Positions 51,860 through 64,000 of a DNA stretch of 64,000 nucleotides are shown here, piece by piece. Each line of letters starts with the position of its first letter. The stretch's first letter is position 1. Origin of the DNA: Camelus ferus (lineage: Eukaryota); the NCBI RefSeq assembly GCF_009834535.1, contig NC_045696.1, positions 19,904,001 to 19,968,000 on the forward strand, in the 5' to 3' direction. The translations under genes and the position numbers were made by a program. The notes beneath the pieces are model-generated. The model was not told the origin of the DNA and made no database searches. It was given only the letters and a program-made list of their open reading frames with translations.

Positions 51860-52171
51860 GGCTTGCCTGGGAGATCCTGCTTGGCCAGGCTCTGAAGCTG
51901 TTCTCTTAATATGTTCATTCTGAAACCCAAGCTAAAGGACAATCTCTAAAATCTTATAATAGCATAAAAGATGAGTCAGAACATCCAAGTGCATGAAGGA
52001 TCTCTGCTCCCATCAAATATGCTTACATTTTTGTAAGCAAAAAGGCCCATTCATTGGCCTAAGTAAGTCTAGAGTCCCAGCCTGGCCTCAGTTGGGCAGA
52101 GTAATAAACTCACCCACCGTAAGGGAGGAGGAAATGATTATTTGCTGAGCAAAATTTATCCAAATTATCTC
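51860..52171 (-). mobile_element. MLT1H-like MaLR LTR
   Basis: CATTCTGAAACCCAAGCTAAAGGAC...CCATTCATTGGCCTAAGTAAGTC...TATTTGCTGAGCAAAATTTATCCAAATTATCTCA. Confidence 0.6.
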
Positions 52172-52920
52172 AGAGCCTCTAGGGTTGTTAGATGTTTAAA
52201 TTAATTAATGTTTTAATCACTTAGGGCTGCTCCTATCCCAAACCACATACTATGTAAAAATTTGCTAAATAAAAATACATAAATAAAGAAACCAGTGATC
52301 ACTTGAGACATCAAATAATTTATCCAGTAATATATATTCCTAGTATTAAAATGAAGAGTGAATCTACTGCTGTAACTCTTTCTTCTAATCATGAGAAATA
52401 ACTAACCAGATGATAATTTGATAGAACTAGAATAGGAAAACTTCATCTTTATGTGATATGAATTTTAACCCTGATAGGAAAGAACTCTTTGGAGAATACT
52501 AAACGCTTCAATTTATTTTCTTAAATAAGAATTCTTAAGGCTATAATAATTCTTCAAGTTCAGTTCATCTTCTCTAAAAGATGTCAGTTCATTATAGAAA
52601 AATGTTACTGAGGCAAAAGGTTTTAATGCAGCAAGGTGAATATCCCAATTAAAAAAGCAATTGTATGAGAGAGTGTTTGCAAGGAATCCAAATTAGAGGG
52701 CTGTACCACTATTACTATCATTGAGAGATACTATATCAAAAAGCTTCACTTATGTCTTAAGATAATATTTAGAGTTTATCTTTGGAATTCAATGTTAATA
52801 CGTTGAATATAGTAAGAAAGAGAATCAAGGTAACTCTCCAAATCTTGTACCTCTTCCTGTCATTAACAACCTCTAATTGTAAAGTATATCCTTTTAAATG
52901 CTAACACATATAATGACAGA

Positions 52921-52990
52921 TTTTTTCCTTTCTTTTTTTAATTGAAGTACAGTCAATTGCAATGTGTCAATCTCTGGTGTAGAGCACAAT
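52921..52990 (-). mobile_element. Very short camelid-type L1 3' tip
   Basis: TTTTAATTGAAGTACAGTCAATTGCAATGTGTCAATCTCTGGTGTA is nearly the reverse complement of the L1 tail at 43500-43545. Confidence 0.85.
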
Positions 52991-54384
52991 TATTTTTAAT
53001 CATTTTTATAGAGCCTGTTACTCCATCTGCATACAGTTAATGTTTCATATTTATAAATAAAATAGCTACCTCTGAGACAAGGGATATACACGGCTTTCTA
53101 AGATACAGTCACCCACAAGATGGTTGTTCTGTGTGACAAAAGCAATGAGACTGTAGAAATCTGGAATGGAGCGATCTCATTTTTTCTCTCGGTTTGAAAT
53201 TAGACTAGAACTATTAAAGAAATCTGCATCTAAGCCCTTTTGATTATCTATTATTTCTGCTCACATTTTCCAACCCTCCAACTGAAAACCACACTCTGGA
53301 ATGACATTTAGAACATACAAAACAGCAGAAATACAGCCAACAGGAAGTTAGTGGTGGGCTTTGTAGCCAGAATGTGCTGCTGGTGAACAATATGGATGGA
53401 ACCATCTTCCAAAAGCAAAGTAGCAGACTGACACTGATTGTAATGGATCAAGAGGTAATAAGGGTGTCTAGAATTTCACTTGAGATTGTTGCAAGTGAGA
53501 CTTCCACTCTATAGTATTACGTTTTATCCAATCACAACAAATCCAATGGTAACCCATATGCTATTTTAAATACTTTCCACAGATTTACTAGACAAATGTG
53601 TTATTCTGCTTAAAAGAATTAGGATTTGATGCTACATTTTTCTCTATTTTCTCATGTGCACCATTGGTAAGAATAGAAAGCTCTTGATCAAATTCATGGT
53701 TATTCTTCTATATTTTTAACTAAGACAAGTTGATAACTTCTGTTTTTTTTAATATTAAGCTATAGATAAGGAAAATAAGAAAATTACTCACTTTAACTGA
53801 AAAAAAAAAATCTGAATTCAGTCACATTCATGTACAACTAATTTCTCTCAACCTTGGAGTCATTGATAGGATATTTGTCTCTCTAGGACATTTTTAGATC
53901 TGTAAATATATTACTAGATATCACGTCATTTCAGTACTCCAGCATTGTGATAATATTATATTCTTTTTCTTTTTTTTTTTTTTTTTGCTCCTTTTAAAAC
54001 TCGGCTGCAAGACTGGACAGAGGCATGAGGAGTTGTGATATCACTGTGTATGAAAGGAAGTCATGTAAACTAATTTCAAAAATAAGTGGGTCAGGTAAAA
54101 CGCTATCTGCTGAATTACTGCCTTAAATCAGTAACTGATGGTTTTTGGCAAAGCAAAAGAAAAATTTGTGGAGACTAGAAAGTTTGTAACTTTCTACTAT
54201 CATGCACACCCACAAACATGCTCATGTGAAACACATGTGTCATATATATGTACATATGTTTGGAACTATATACATTTAGATTAGATATATATGTATCAAG
54301 TGTATGGCACAGTCTGTACAACATTATGAATAGCATAATAGGTATCCGGGACTATGAGTAGAGAACACAAACCCAAATTCTTTC

Positions 54385-54862
54385 TGTTACAGGTTGAATT
54401 GTGTCCCACTGCTCAAAAACATAATCAAAGTTCTCAACCCTAAGGACCTCAGAATACGACGTTATTTGCAAGTAGGGGTTTTTACAGAGATAACTAAGTT
54501 AAAATAATGTCATCAATGTGGGCCCTTGTCTAGTATATCTGGTGTACTTATAGAAAGGAGAAATCTGGACAGGGGGACAGATGCACACAATTGGAAGACA
54601 AAAATGAAGCAACACAAGGAAAGATAGCCACGTGACTGGAGTGATGTCTATACACGCGAAAAAAAAAGAAGAAAGATTGCATAAAAACACCAGAAGTCAT
54701 GAGAGACACACAGGATTCTCCCCTAGAGCTGTCAGGGAGAGCATGACCCTGCCAACATCTTGATTTCAGACTTCTGGCCTCCGGAACTACAAGAAAATAT
54801 CTGTTGTTTTCAGCCACTCAGATTTTGGTATTTTGGTAAGGCAGCACTAGAAAACTAATACA
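54385..54862 (+). mobile_element. MLT1C-like MaLR solo LTR
   Basis: TGTTACAGGTTGAATTGTGTCCC...GGCAGCACTAGAAAACTAATACA; perfect 5-bp TSD CTTTC (54380-54384, 54863-54867). Confidence 0.92.
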
Positions 54863-55344
54863 CTTTCCTGGGCATTGAAAAAATAATAAATAACTGTACT
54901 AGCTAATAAAAATGCATAGATGGTTCAAATTTAGCCCTGGAGACATTGTTTTGCATCCCTAAGCCTAGATGCATTTTAGTCAAATTTGTGGTAAACACAA
55001 ATGAAATTGCTACTTAATATCATAGATGTCAGCATTAAGGTTTAGAATTACCTCAATACCCTGGAAACATGGGTTGAAACCAACAGCTACCATCTTAATG
55101 GGGATAAATGAAGTGTGAAAACGCACAAACTCCAATTGATAATTAAAAACTGCGGCGTGTTCGCTAGTCACAAGTATGAGGCAACAAGGACATACATTGC
55201 TAAAACAAAGTGACAGTTTTTTAAGACTACATTAAACATATTTCAATTATAAGAACTTTTATTATTCCTGGCTGCATGGAATAATATATGGAAATCACAT
55301 CTAATTAGAAATGTCACATTTTAAGAGCTATTACACAGACTCCA

Positions 55345-55605
55345 GTTATCAGGGGAAAGGCTGTGTGGTGGAATAGCAACAATGAAATGAGTTAAATGAC
55401 CCACATTTTAGTACAAACCTGGCTGCAAACTATCTATGTTAAGTTAAAACAATTCACCAGTCCTCTTGAGCTCAGTATCACATATCGAATAAGGGGTTTA
55501 TGTGACATGCTAGTTCTCTAGGATATTTGGAGATATAAGATGCATCCATTTATTCATTCATCTAAGAAGTGTTTTCTGAATAACCTACTATGTGCCAAGA
55601 CCTAT
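55345..55605. mobile_element. MIR (plus) followed by an L2 tail (minus)
   Basis: TGTGTGGTGGAATAGCA...TCTTGAGCTCAGTATCACAT; then CATTTATTCATTCA...ACCTACTATGTGCCAAGAC. Confidence 0.55.
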
Positions 55606-57171
55606 ATAAAATCTTTCTGAAAATAAAAGTAAAAGTTAAATTGTTGAAAATGAAAATAGAATGCCATGAGTTCCCTGATGGAAATTTGACAGGGTATTAT
55701 ATCAAAATTCCAACACTGATAATGGCAACTTCTGCCTCTAACATTTAGTATGATTTCCAATAATATAAATAATATTGGTCCATAAATTTGAGCGATATGC
55801 TAATCACTCTGGGAAAAAACAAAACAGAGAAAGGATACCAAACCAATAGATTTTCATTTCACTTTTACAATTTGAGAGAGGAACACAGTTACTCTAAATG
55901 TTGTTTATTTTATCTGAAGGTGTTGGGATGTGTGTGTGTGGTGTGTGCTTCCCTTGACGATATATTTAGTTATTCAAATTGTTGTGGATAGATAATTAAA
56001 AAAGAGAAGAGTGAGAAGTAAATTGGGAGGTGGAGTATCAACCGTTTTAGAATGAAGATCTGATGAGGGGAATTGGGAATGGAATGAAGGCAAGCAGAGC
56101 GCTCAGCCTATTAGCACTGTGATGAAAATGGGCTCTCTTTCTTCTCCTTTCTGCTCTGGGACTTTAATGTATTCTTCTTCCAGAAATGTCAGACTCAGAA
56201 GTCTACGGGTGTGATAGAGAGACTGCAGAGAAAAAAATTCCAGGTAATAACATATATGCTATATCCTAATTTTAGGCTTACCCTAAGTATGGGTTCAACA
56301 TAACTCCGAAGATTAACTGTTTATCTGACTCAAAATCTTTAAAACTATTGTTTCTCACACTAAATTTTGAAATTATTTGATGTCACCATATCATATTTTT
56401 TAACCAATATTGTTGAGTTTTATTCCTGGTTCTATGTCTGAATGCCTGAGGGGCCATTTCTTATACTCTCGTCAGCTCAGTAATCCATTTATAGATGGAT
56501 ACAATATTTTAAATAGACTCAAGAGCCATGTTAAATTTAATACATTTTCATGTGGTACAAGAAGATTTTTGCTTACTGCCTCATTTAAGAAAAAAATCAT
56601 CTCAGCCTAAGAGTATCTTAATGATATAATGGAATTATTCAAGAAAATTTAAGTGCCAGGTCTGTCCCAGTAATTTTTAGAATTAAGTAGATATCTGAAT
56701 TTGAGTTAGGCATTTTAAACCAAGAATGTCAAACAATATTTCAGGAGTTGTAATTCAAAGACAAGCAACTGTTTACAGTGTGGTGTAGGTGATCTGAGCT
56801 GTGGGATGCTCTCCCTTGGTTTCTTGAGAAAAGCCAGAATATGTACATTAAAAAAATAGGTTAATACACTTTATAGTTTGGTGGGAACCCAGAGAAATGT
56901 ACAGGATAGTGGCTAACCCATGCCATGGTAAATTAGGTGGATATATAATTGAAATGAACCTACTTCAGTGATGCAGTGGAGAGTTATGGATAGTAATTAT
57001 ATTACAGACTGAAAGACTATAATTAAAAAGATTGGTAATAGCATTGGATGTCATAGTAGAGTTGAGAATTTTTTCCCTTTTTTTGGCATACATCCCTGGG
57101 AAATCTGCTTAAATAAAGGAAGGAGATTCCACATTTTTTTTTTTTTCAGTTTCATTTGAAGAAAGGGGAAA

Positions 57172-59100
57172 GGAGAGTGATTATCACCAAGATGGTGACA
57201 TAGGAGTCTCCTGAATTTCCCTCCTCCTGCTGCACAGAACATAGAGCTATACCTAGAGCAACTCCTTCTGAGAAAAATCCAGAAACTGTGTTTGATTGAG
57301 TCCTACACATAACAACTGAGAAAACACATGGAAACAAGTGGGAATGCCAGAGACACACACTTGCTATAAAGCCCACCTCAAACACAGTGTCTTACAATGG
57401 AGAGGGAACCCCCGACTGCCAGCATCTCCCTGAGAAGCAAAGGACTTGGATCACACACGTAGCATCCCAACTTTTAAGGCTGCCATCCAGATGGGTCCCC
57501 AAATCATGTAGCTCTGATAGCCAATGGGGCTTGCATTCATAAGTCCCATAGGACTCTAGCAAACAAAGAGGCAGCTATTAAATGAGCGCATGACCACTCC
57601 CCAGGCACTACTCCCCACAGGCTCGGTGCAGAGGGAGCAGACAAAAATGCCCATCTGCCGGAGTTTCCTCGGAGGGTTTAATCACATACTTTACCAGCTA
57701 CTGGAAAAGATCCAGCTTCTAATTACCCACATCTAGGTGCTGACTGTGATCTTCCCTGGAACCCAAAAGAGCCAGCAGGCACTTCTCCACATGCTCCCAA
57801 ATCTCCAGCTCCACCCTAAAAGGAACTTGTTCATACATCTGATGCCTCAACATTTACATCTGTCACTTGATGGGTAGGCACCCAAGCTACCTATCTCCGA
57901 TAGGCAGTGAAGCTTACATTCACACATCACACAGAACGATAGCAAACAAAGAAATAGTTTTTAAATAGGTGCACGAACAATCCCTGCAGCTGCACTCCTG
58001 AGCTCCACGTAAAGAGCGCAGGCGAAAATGCTAGCCACTCAGTGTCTCTACGGAAAGGAGTTGACGGCATACTTTCCAAGCTGCTGCCAGAAGTTCCAGT
58101 TTCTAATCTGCCAGCATGGGGGACCTGACTGGGACCTTCCTGGGAGACTGAAGGAACTGGGGGGCATGTTCTGTCCTGTCTCCCCACTAACTTCTCCAAC
58201 AGTAAAACTAAGTCTCCAGCTTCTTTCTAGAAGGAGCTGGTCCACAAATGTTGTACCTCTACTTTTGTGACTGCCACCAGAGGGACTGGTTCCCCAGTCA
58301 CCTAGCTCTGGGAGCAGATGGGGCTCAGTAATCACTGGTCCTCCAGGATCACACAAAACAGAGGTGGTTCTGTTAGGTCACACACATTTCCAGCAACCCA
58401 CCCCCCGGCTCAGCCCAGAGTGAGAGAGCCAACACCCAGTGCCAGTTCCTCCCCGGTAGGGGCTAGACTGGATATCAGATGTCCTTTTCCCTGACTTTCC
58501 CAGCTGCTGCCTGATAGTTGGGATTCCAATTAGCCTGCACTGGGAGGCTGAAGGAGACTCTGGGATCCCAAATAGGTGTTGGAGCATTTTCAATGCCTTT
58601 GGGATACTGACAGGTCTTGGCCTACCCTGTGACGTGGACAATCACAAAGGCTTGAGAGAAACTAGGAGATCAGGCCAGGCTGACTGATGGGATTTATCTC
58701 ACACACAAAACCACTCTGTCAGTACTAGAAGAGATGGCTATTTTATCTAATGCACAGAAAGCAACATAGTTCAAGGAGAATAAGTGAGGGAATACATTCC
58801 CAGCAAAAGAACAAGGTATCTGCCTAGGAACTAACCTTAATGAAATGGAGGTAAGTGATTTACTCAATCAAGGGTTGAAAATAAAAGTCACAAAGATGCC
58901 CACTGAGGTCAGGAGAGCAATGCAAGAGCAAGTGAGAATTTCAACAAAGAGACAGAAAATACAAAAATGTATCAAACAAAAATCATAAAGCTGAAGATAT
59001 ACAAGAAGTGAACAAAAAAATTCAATAGAGGAGTTCAACAGCAGACTAGATCGAGCAGAAGAAAGGATCAGTTAACTCAAATACAAGGCAGTGGAAACCA
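57172..59100 (+). mobile_element. L1 5'UTR plus decayed ORF1 N-terminus (L1MA9/L1M2-3-like), 3'-truncated
   Basis: Starts CAAGATGGTGACATAGG; about 58830-59095 translates NLNEMEVSDLLNQGLKIKVTKMPTEVRRAMQEQ...NSIEEFNSRLDRAEERIS*, like the ORF1p coiled coil, with frameshifts and stops. Confidence 0.9.
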
Positions 59101-59637
59101 TGTTATCCAAATATCAACATGATGAGAGAGCAGGATTTCAGATTTTTTCTTTCTTCTTTCCCTCTGTTGGTAACCAATAGGTATTGATCAGATAAAATAA
59201 ATCTATTCTGAACAACTCTAATAACTGTTATCCATATCTTGCTCCTTTATCATCATCCCATTAGCACATTTAGACTTCTCTATAATTTTAAAGGAACATG
59301 CAAAAATTCTTTAATCAATAGGACGTGTAATCAAGCAATTCCTTCTGATTGGAATATCCTTTTCTTAATATGTTCCTAATGATTTTTGTGAGGAAGTACA
59401 GATTCTTTTTAATGGGCCTGGAAGGCTATTTATGTTCTTGCTTTTAACATCTACCAGAGGATGTTGTCTTACCACTCTCTAGGTATGTTGTATCCTCTCA
59501 TCATGCTACAAATTATTAGGTGTTGCTAGAATTCTGTTTTCCACCTTCGTGCTTTCATATGTGATGTTCCAGCTGCCTGGAAAGCCCTATATGTCACCTC
59601 CCAACACGTCAACATGTACACATGTGTACCCCCCCAC

Positions 59638-59638
<1 letters not shown>

Positions 59639-59673
<35 letters not shown>
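59639..59673. repeat. (CA)n microsatellite
   Basis: Seen directly. Confidence 0.95.
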
Positions 59674-59675
<2 letters not shown>

Positions 59676-59678
<3 letters not shown>

Positions 59679-59760
59679 ATTTAGCCTAGATTTTCCCAGA
59701 GGCAGACCCTGAGGAAAAGGTTTGAGTACATGTGGTATATTTGTGTTCCCAGGAGGTAAC
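59676..59760 (-). mobile_element. LTR16-like ERVL LTR end
   Basis: TTCCCAGAGGCAGACCCTGAGGAAAAGGTTTGAGTACATGTGGTATATTTG. Confidence 0.6.
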
Positions 59761-61829
59761 ACAATGTCTGTGATATGGAAGATGCTGTAGCCCATGTATT
59801 CATGAAACAAAAAATGGTAGCTTGTGATGAAAAATAATAAATTACTAATATTGGCTGTGTCCTGCTTACATCACTAAAGTGTTTTTATGTCCACCAGCTG
59901 GACTCAATTTCCACCTTTTTACTGAAACAAAAGTAATAAACCACAAACAAAAATGTAGGCTTAACATTTTGGAAATTTCTAGCTCCGCAGTTAAAGAAAC
60001 CTGGAGTTGCTTGGCAAGATTGTCAAAGAAGAACCTGTTTAACGTAAGTCTTTATACTCTGCAAGATTGATTTCACAAAACCAGCTGGCTCCCATCTCTA
60101 TGTAGTCTCAAGTTGTTTAATAGAGAAAATCATCTGCATAAGACCCTGTGGTGTCTGCCAGTCTCAATTTCTATTTAAATCGTTGATACTGTAACTTCTA
60201 ACCCAGTGGCTGAGTTGTGATATTCACAAAAATTGGCTCTCTGGAATTCCCACTCTGCATCTTGAGTCCCTACTCATTGTATTTATAGCTAAACCACAAA
60301 ATATAGACTAGTCTGGGACTGGGAGCCCATAGGGGTCCAATTTCAAGTTTCACGACTGATGCTAAGAGAGGGTTAATTTGCCCAAATCCACCCAGCAGGA
60401 GGAAGGGTCATATTTAAGATATTCAACAACTTGAACACCTAGGTCTCAACCAGTCAAAATGGGGCATCACTCAGAATGCACATGAGTCACCGAGCACAGA
60501 CAGCCAAGCTAGTGCACAGAGGATAAATATTAGCCCTTCATCAGAGGGTGCACCGCATCTCAGCAGTTCATGACTCTGTGGAATGTGCCACCCCTACAGC
60601 TGGTTCCCTGCCTCCCCCTCTTGTAGATACTTGTGTCATGAATAGAACTGGTGTCTTTAGCATGGGGCATTCACTATTTTATCCTTCTGTTCTTCTCAGT
60701 CAGAGACCAATCTAAGAGCAGGAACCCCCTCTACAGAAATTTGTGTATACAAGTCAGAAGTAGTGTCATGAGGGCTGTGAAAAGATATTTGTCTTTCAGA
60801 GCTGGTATCTCTTTGGCTCATTTCCTGCCAAGAACATTCCTAACAAAATCTAATAGGTCTTTCAAGTAGAAATAAAAGCAAAAAGAAGAGAAGAGAAAGC
60901 AATGAAACAATGGTGGCTAAGACAATGAAAAATGAATTACTAACACATGATGTCTCAAATGTAATCAAACTGAGTACATAATAATATGAAAGCTCAAATC
61001 AAAAAATATATGAAGTAATGAATAGCAGTGAAAATAGTTGCCTTGTATCAATAATGAGAATTAAGTACTGTTTCTGAAATTCTTTGAAATAATAACAAAA
61101 TAAAACTTCAGTTTATTTGCTTGAAATACCTGTGGAAATGTCTGAGAAATGAGTCTCACTGTGATCTTAATCTTGGGAGAGATTAATTTCTCTAAACATC
61201 TTCTGACATTTTTAAAAAAGTGTTTTAAAAAATAGGGTAAATACATCACAGCCTATTTTTGCATTAATGCTATGAGAGTTTTAACTTGAAACTTAATGTG
61301 TAATTCTTTATTTTAATGCACCAATATTATTTTTTGAGGAGATCATTTTTGGAGCTCTCATTGGAACATTAATTTTCATAGAGTTCTATATTATCACATT
61401 TGTTAGCAGGAAATTCAGGCCAATGTAGCTTGCAAATAGTGGTTACTTTCTGACTGGAAATAAGGTTGGTTGTATTTAGAAATGATTGCTTCTCAATAAC
61501 AATTCCTTACCTTAGCAACGCCAATTACAGACTCTGAATGCTAGTGCCTTATTTTCTCTAAGAAAGTTACATGGAATTTTTAAACTTTGTTATTGAATTT
61601 GATTGAGTTTTCATTTTTCATTTAGGTTAATATAGTTCCATATATTAATTCTATTAAGATTAATAAAATTAATTATTTTTGTCTGTGTAAAAATTTGTAC
61701 ACATATATGTATCATGTAAACTGGGAATTTTTTTTTGACAAATAAAAGTGAAATGAGTAGCTAGGAGGCTTCTAAAATATTTAAGACACCGTAATGAGAG
61801 AAGCTTTGGGTTGGTAGACATCCTATTTT

Positions 61830-62078
61830 TGTAATCTGTCTCCCTAGTTAGATGATCGGCATCTTGAGGTCAGAGAGCTCTGAAATGATTTTCTCTTGGT
61901 TTCTCCTGCACCTGGCACAATGGCTCGCATAGTGATGGATTTTCAACAACAGTATCATGACTGAAATTTTTGAGCTTGCTTAACACACAGGACATTTCTG
62001 TGAAAATTAGAGATGGCATATGCTAAATGCTCAACAGTGATGTGATTTATACTAGAGACTATTACTATTAATAACAAC
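61830..62078 (+). mobile_element. L2 3' tail followed by a MIR tail
   Basis: TCTGTCTCCCTAGTTAGATG...CACCTGGCACAATGGCTCGCATAGT; then TGTGAAAATTAGAGATGGCATATGCTAAATGCTCAACAGTG. Confidence 0.65.
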
Positions 62079-62717
62079 AGGGTGCAGTCTGTATTATAAA
62101 AATCTTGTTACTATTCCAAACTATGTAAAAAGGCTGGGACTACTCCACAGAGGAATTCTAACTATATTGTGTAATAGATAATTATATTTGAAATAGATCA
62201 CTTTTTTCCATGTGATAGTGGATATAGTGTATGAATTTTGTACAAAAATGTATCTTAGCTTTTTCAGAATGGCGTGTATTATTGAAGGAGTCTCAGCATA
62301 TTACTTTTGCATTACTGTGCATATTAAAGTGTGACCATGTAGAACAGTAATCAATAGTATGATGGCATCCATATTTTTAATTCATGCCAAGATGCTTGGA
62401 ATTGCTTTTTATTTAATATTGTACAGAAGCTAATAATGGATAATGTGCATAAATATGTCCATCTGGGAATTATATTTAGCTTGTACTTGAAATTCACCAC
62501 AATCAAGCAGCTTAACTTTGCAAAACACGTTATTTATCTACGAATGTTGCATAGAAAAATGTCTCACTCTTCTTAACCACCCTCTTGTAGGACCTGGGAC
62601 ATAGGACAAACATGAAAGTACCCAGGGAAAAGTGCTCTACATGATGACCTTCCTTTTGCTTACTTGCCCATTTCAATTTTTTACTTCAAATTTTATTTTT
62701 TTATGTCCCAGGCATTA

Positions 62718-62770
62718 TTTATGTTTTTTTTAATTGAAGTGTAGTCAGTTACAGCATAATGTACACCAGA
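62718..62770 (-). mobile_element. Rearranged L1 3' tip, about 50 bp
   Basis: TTTTAATTGAAGTGTAGTCAGTTACA plus CAGCATAATGT plus inverted TGTACACCAGAA. Confidence 0.7.
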
Positions 62771-63112
62771 AGTGAGTAAAATAAAGAACAATAATGAAAA
62801 GTAGAAACATGAAAAATTAACTTGGGATTAAGAAAAAAATCCTTTAATGAATTACACATAAGCATGACTGATGGGATGGGTCCGTTCAAGGTCTGTCAAA
62901 GGTTTGTCTGTTTTGGGGGATAGCACGTTGTCTGCACCTTTAAAATATTAAACAGCACTGACAATTGAATGTTTAAACTCCAAAACACCCTTCAGAGTTG
63001 GTGGGAAAGTGAGAAACAAGTCAAAGATAAATGGAAAACTTGATAAAGCATGACTATGAACTATGTAAGATAAATTTCTGTAAATGAACTTAATTTTCAA
63101 GGGGAAAAATGT

Positions 63113-63136
63113 CACACACACACACACACACACACA
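63113..63136. repeat. (CA)n microsatellite
   Basis: Seen directly. Confidence 0.95.
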
Positions 63137-64000
63137 AGGCTTCTGGCAAAAAACAACAAAAAGAATAGTAGCTCATAAACAAATGATTACAGATTAGCTG
63201 AGTAAACTCTAAAGTTTTCACAACAAATGAACTTCTAAAACCTTATATTATTATACATTATTATTTTTCTTTCTTTTTTAAAATATGTATACACATTTAC
63301 ACACCTACATAGACATAAATACTCATATGTAGGTAGATACGCACATATACATAGAGTGTGAGTACATTTTTACTCAAGATATCTCATTTACACACTAAAA
63401 TTTCTTGGCCTTCAGCTGAGTCTTAAATTTCATCCTTGAGTCAAGTTATATGGCTGAGCATGAAAGACTGGCCTTTATAATAGGAAACCTGACAGAACTT
63501 TAATTATCCTGGTGTTATTTGAGGGCTACCATAGTTAATTCTCTTATATACCGATAACAAAAGCAACCACAACTTGTAACCCACAGCTAACACATTTTTA
63601 TTAACTCCTTCTACAATTTTGATATTTCATTATAGATTTTGACACCTTATTTTGTCTGACTCCCTTTCTGTGCTTGATCTTGATTTATTTCAATACATAG
63701 AGAAAGGATATTTTCTATTTAATTTATATTACTTCCTTACCCCTTCTCCCATAGGAACATTATGGTTTTAGTTAACTCAATGCATTACATTTTTACTGAG
63801 TGACTGATGTCTTCAGACAGGATCCTTAAATCAATCCAGTTGGTTGCTTTTATGTGACAGGATTACAATTTGGAAGCTTGAGGGATAACCAGCTATCTCA
63901 GACACTTCCCATAATATTATCATTTTTAACAGTGAATCCTTAAACTAATCAAAGTACTAACTAAATACCAAACATTGATTAGAACGCTACTAAAAATGTA

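Noticed and set aside
61511..61557. Minus-strand AAG|gtaagg donor with an upstream acceptor
   Set aside because: Stops in all three frames from the best acceptor; at most a non-coding exon.

Overview
AT-rich, CpG-poor mammalian (eutherian) DNA that looks intronic or intergenic; there are no prokaryotic features, RNA genes or CRISPR arrays. A large part of the window is decayed transposable elements: L1, L2, MIR, MaLR/ERVL/ERV1 LTRs, and hAT and Tigger MITEs. The young L1 3' ends look cetartiodactyl, probably camelid (inference from recalled consensus; I saw no Alu, B1, Bov-tA, PRE-1 or CanSINE). None of the supplied ORFs looks like a real gene; 42959-43216 is an L1 ORF2 remnant. The best lead is three phase-compatible minus-strand exon candidates (24000-23950, 13620-13581, 9491-9450). 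Spliced, they give ...KRTNFFIWNLFDSRHVRDYSKIVHLEEEQWVHRRTPFLRSPIS*, a protein I cannot identify. Other leads are an 18-nt plus-strand microexon candidate on a 16-bp palindrome and several retrotransposition scars (twin priming, a double L1 tail inside one TSD, a solo LTR). I see no convincing new biological system. Repeat family names come from remembered consensus sequences, and boundaries without TSDs are approximate.
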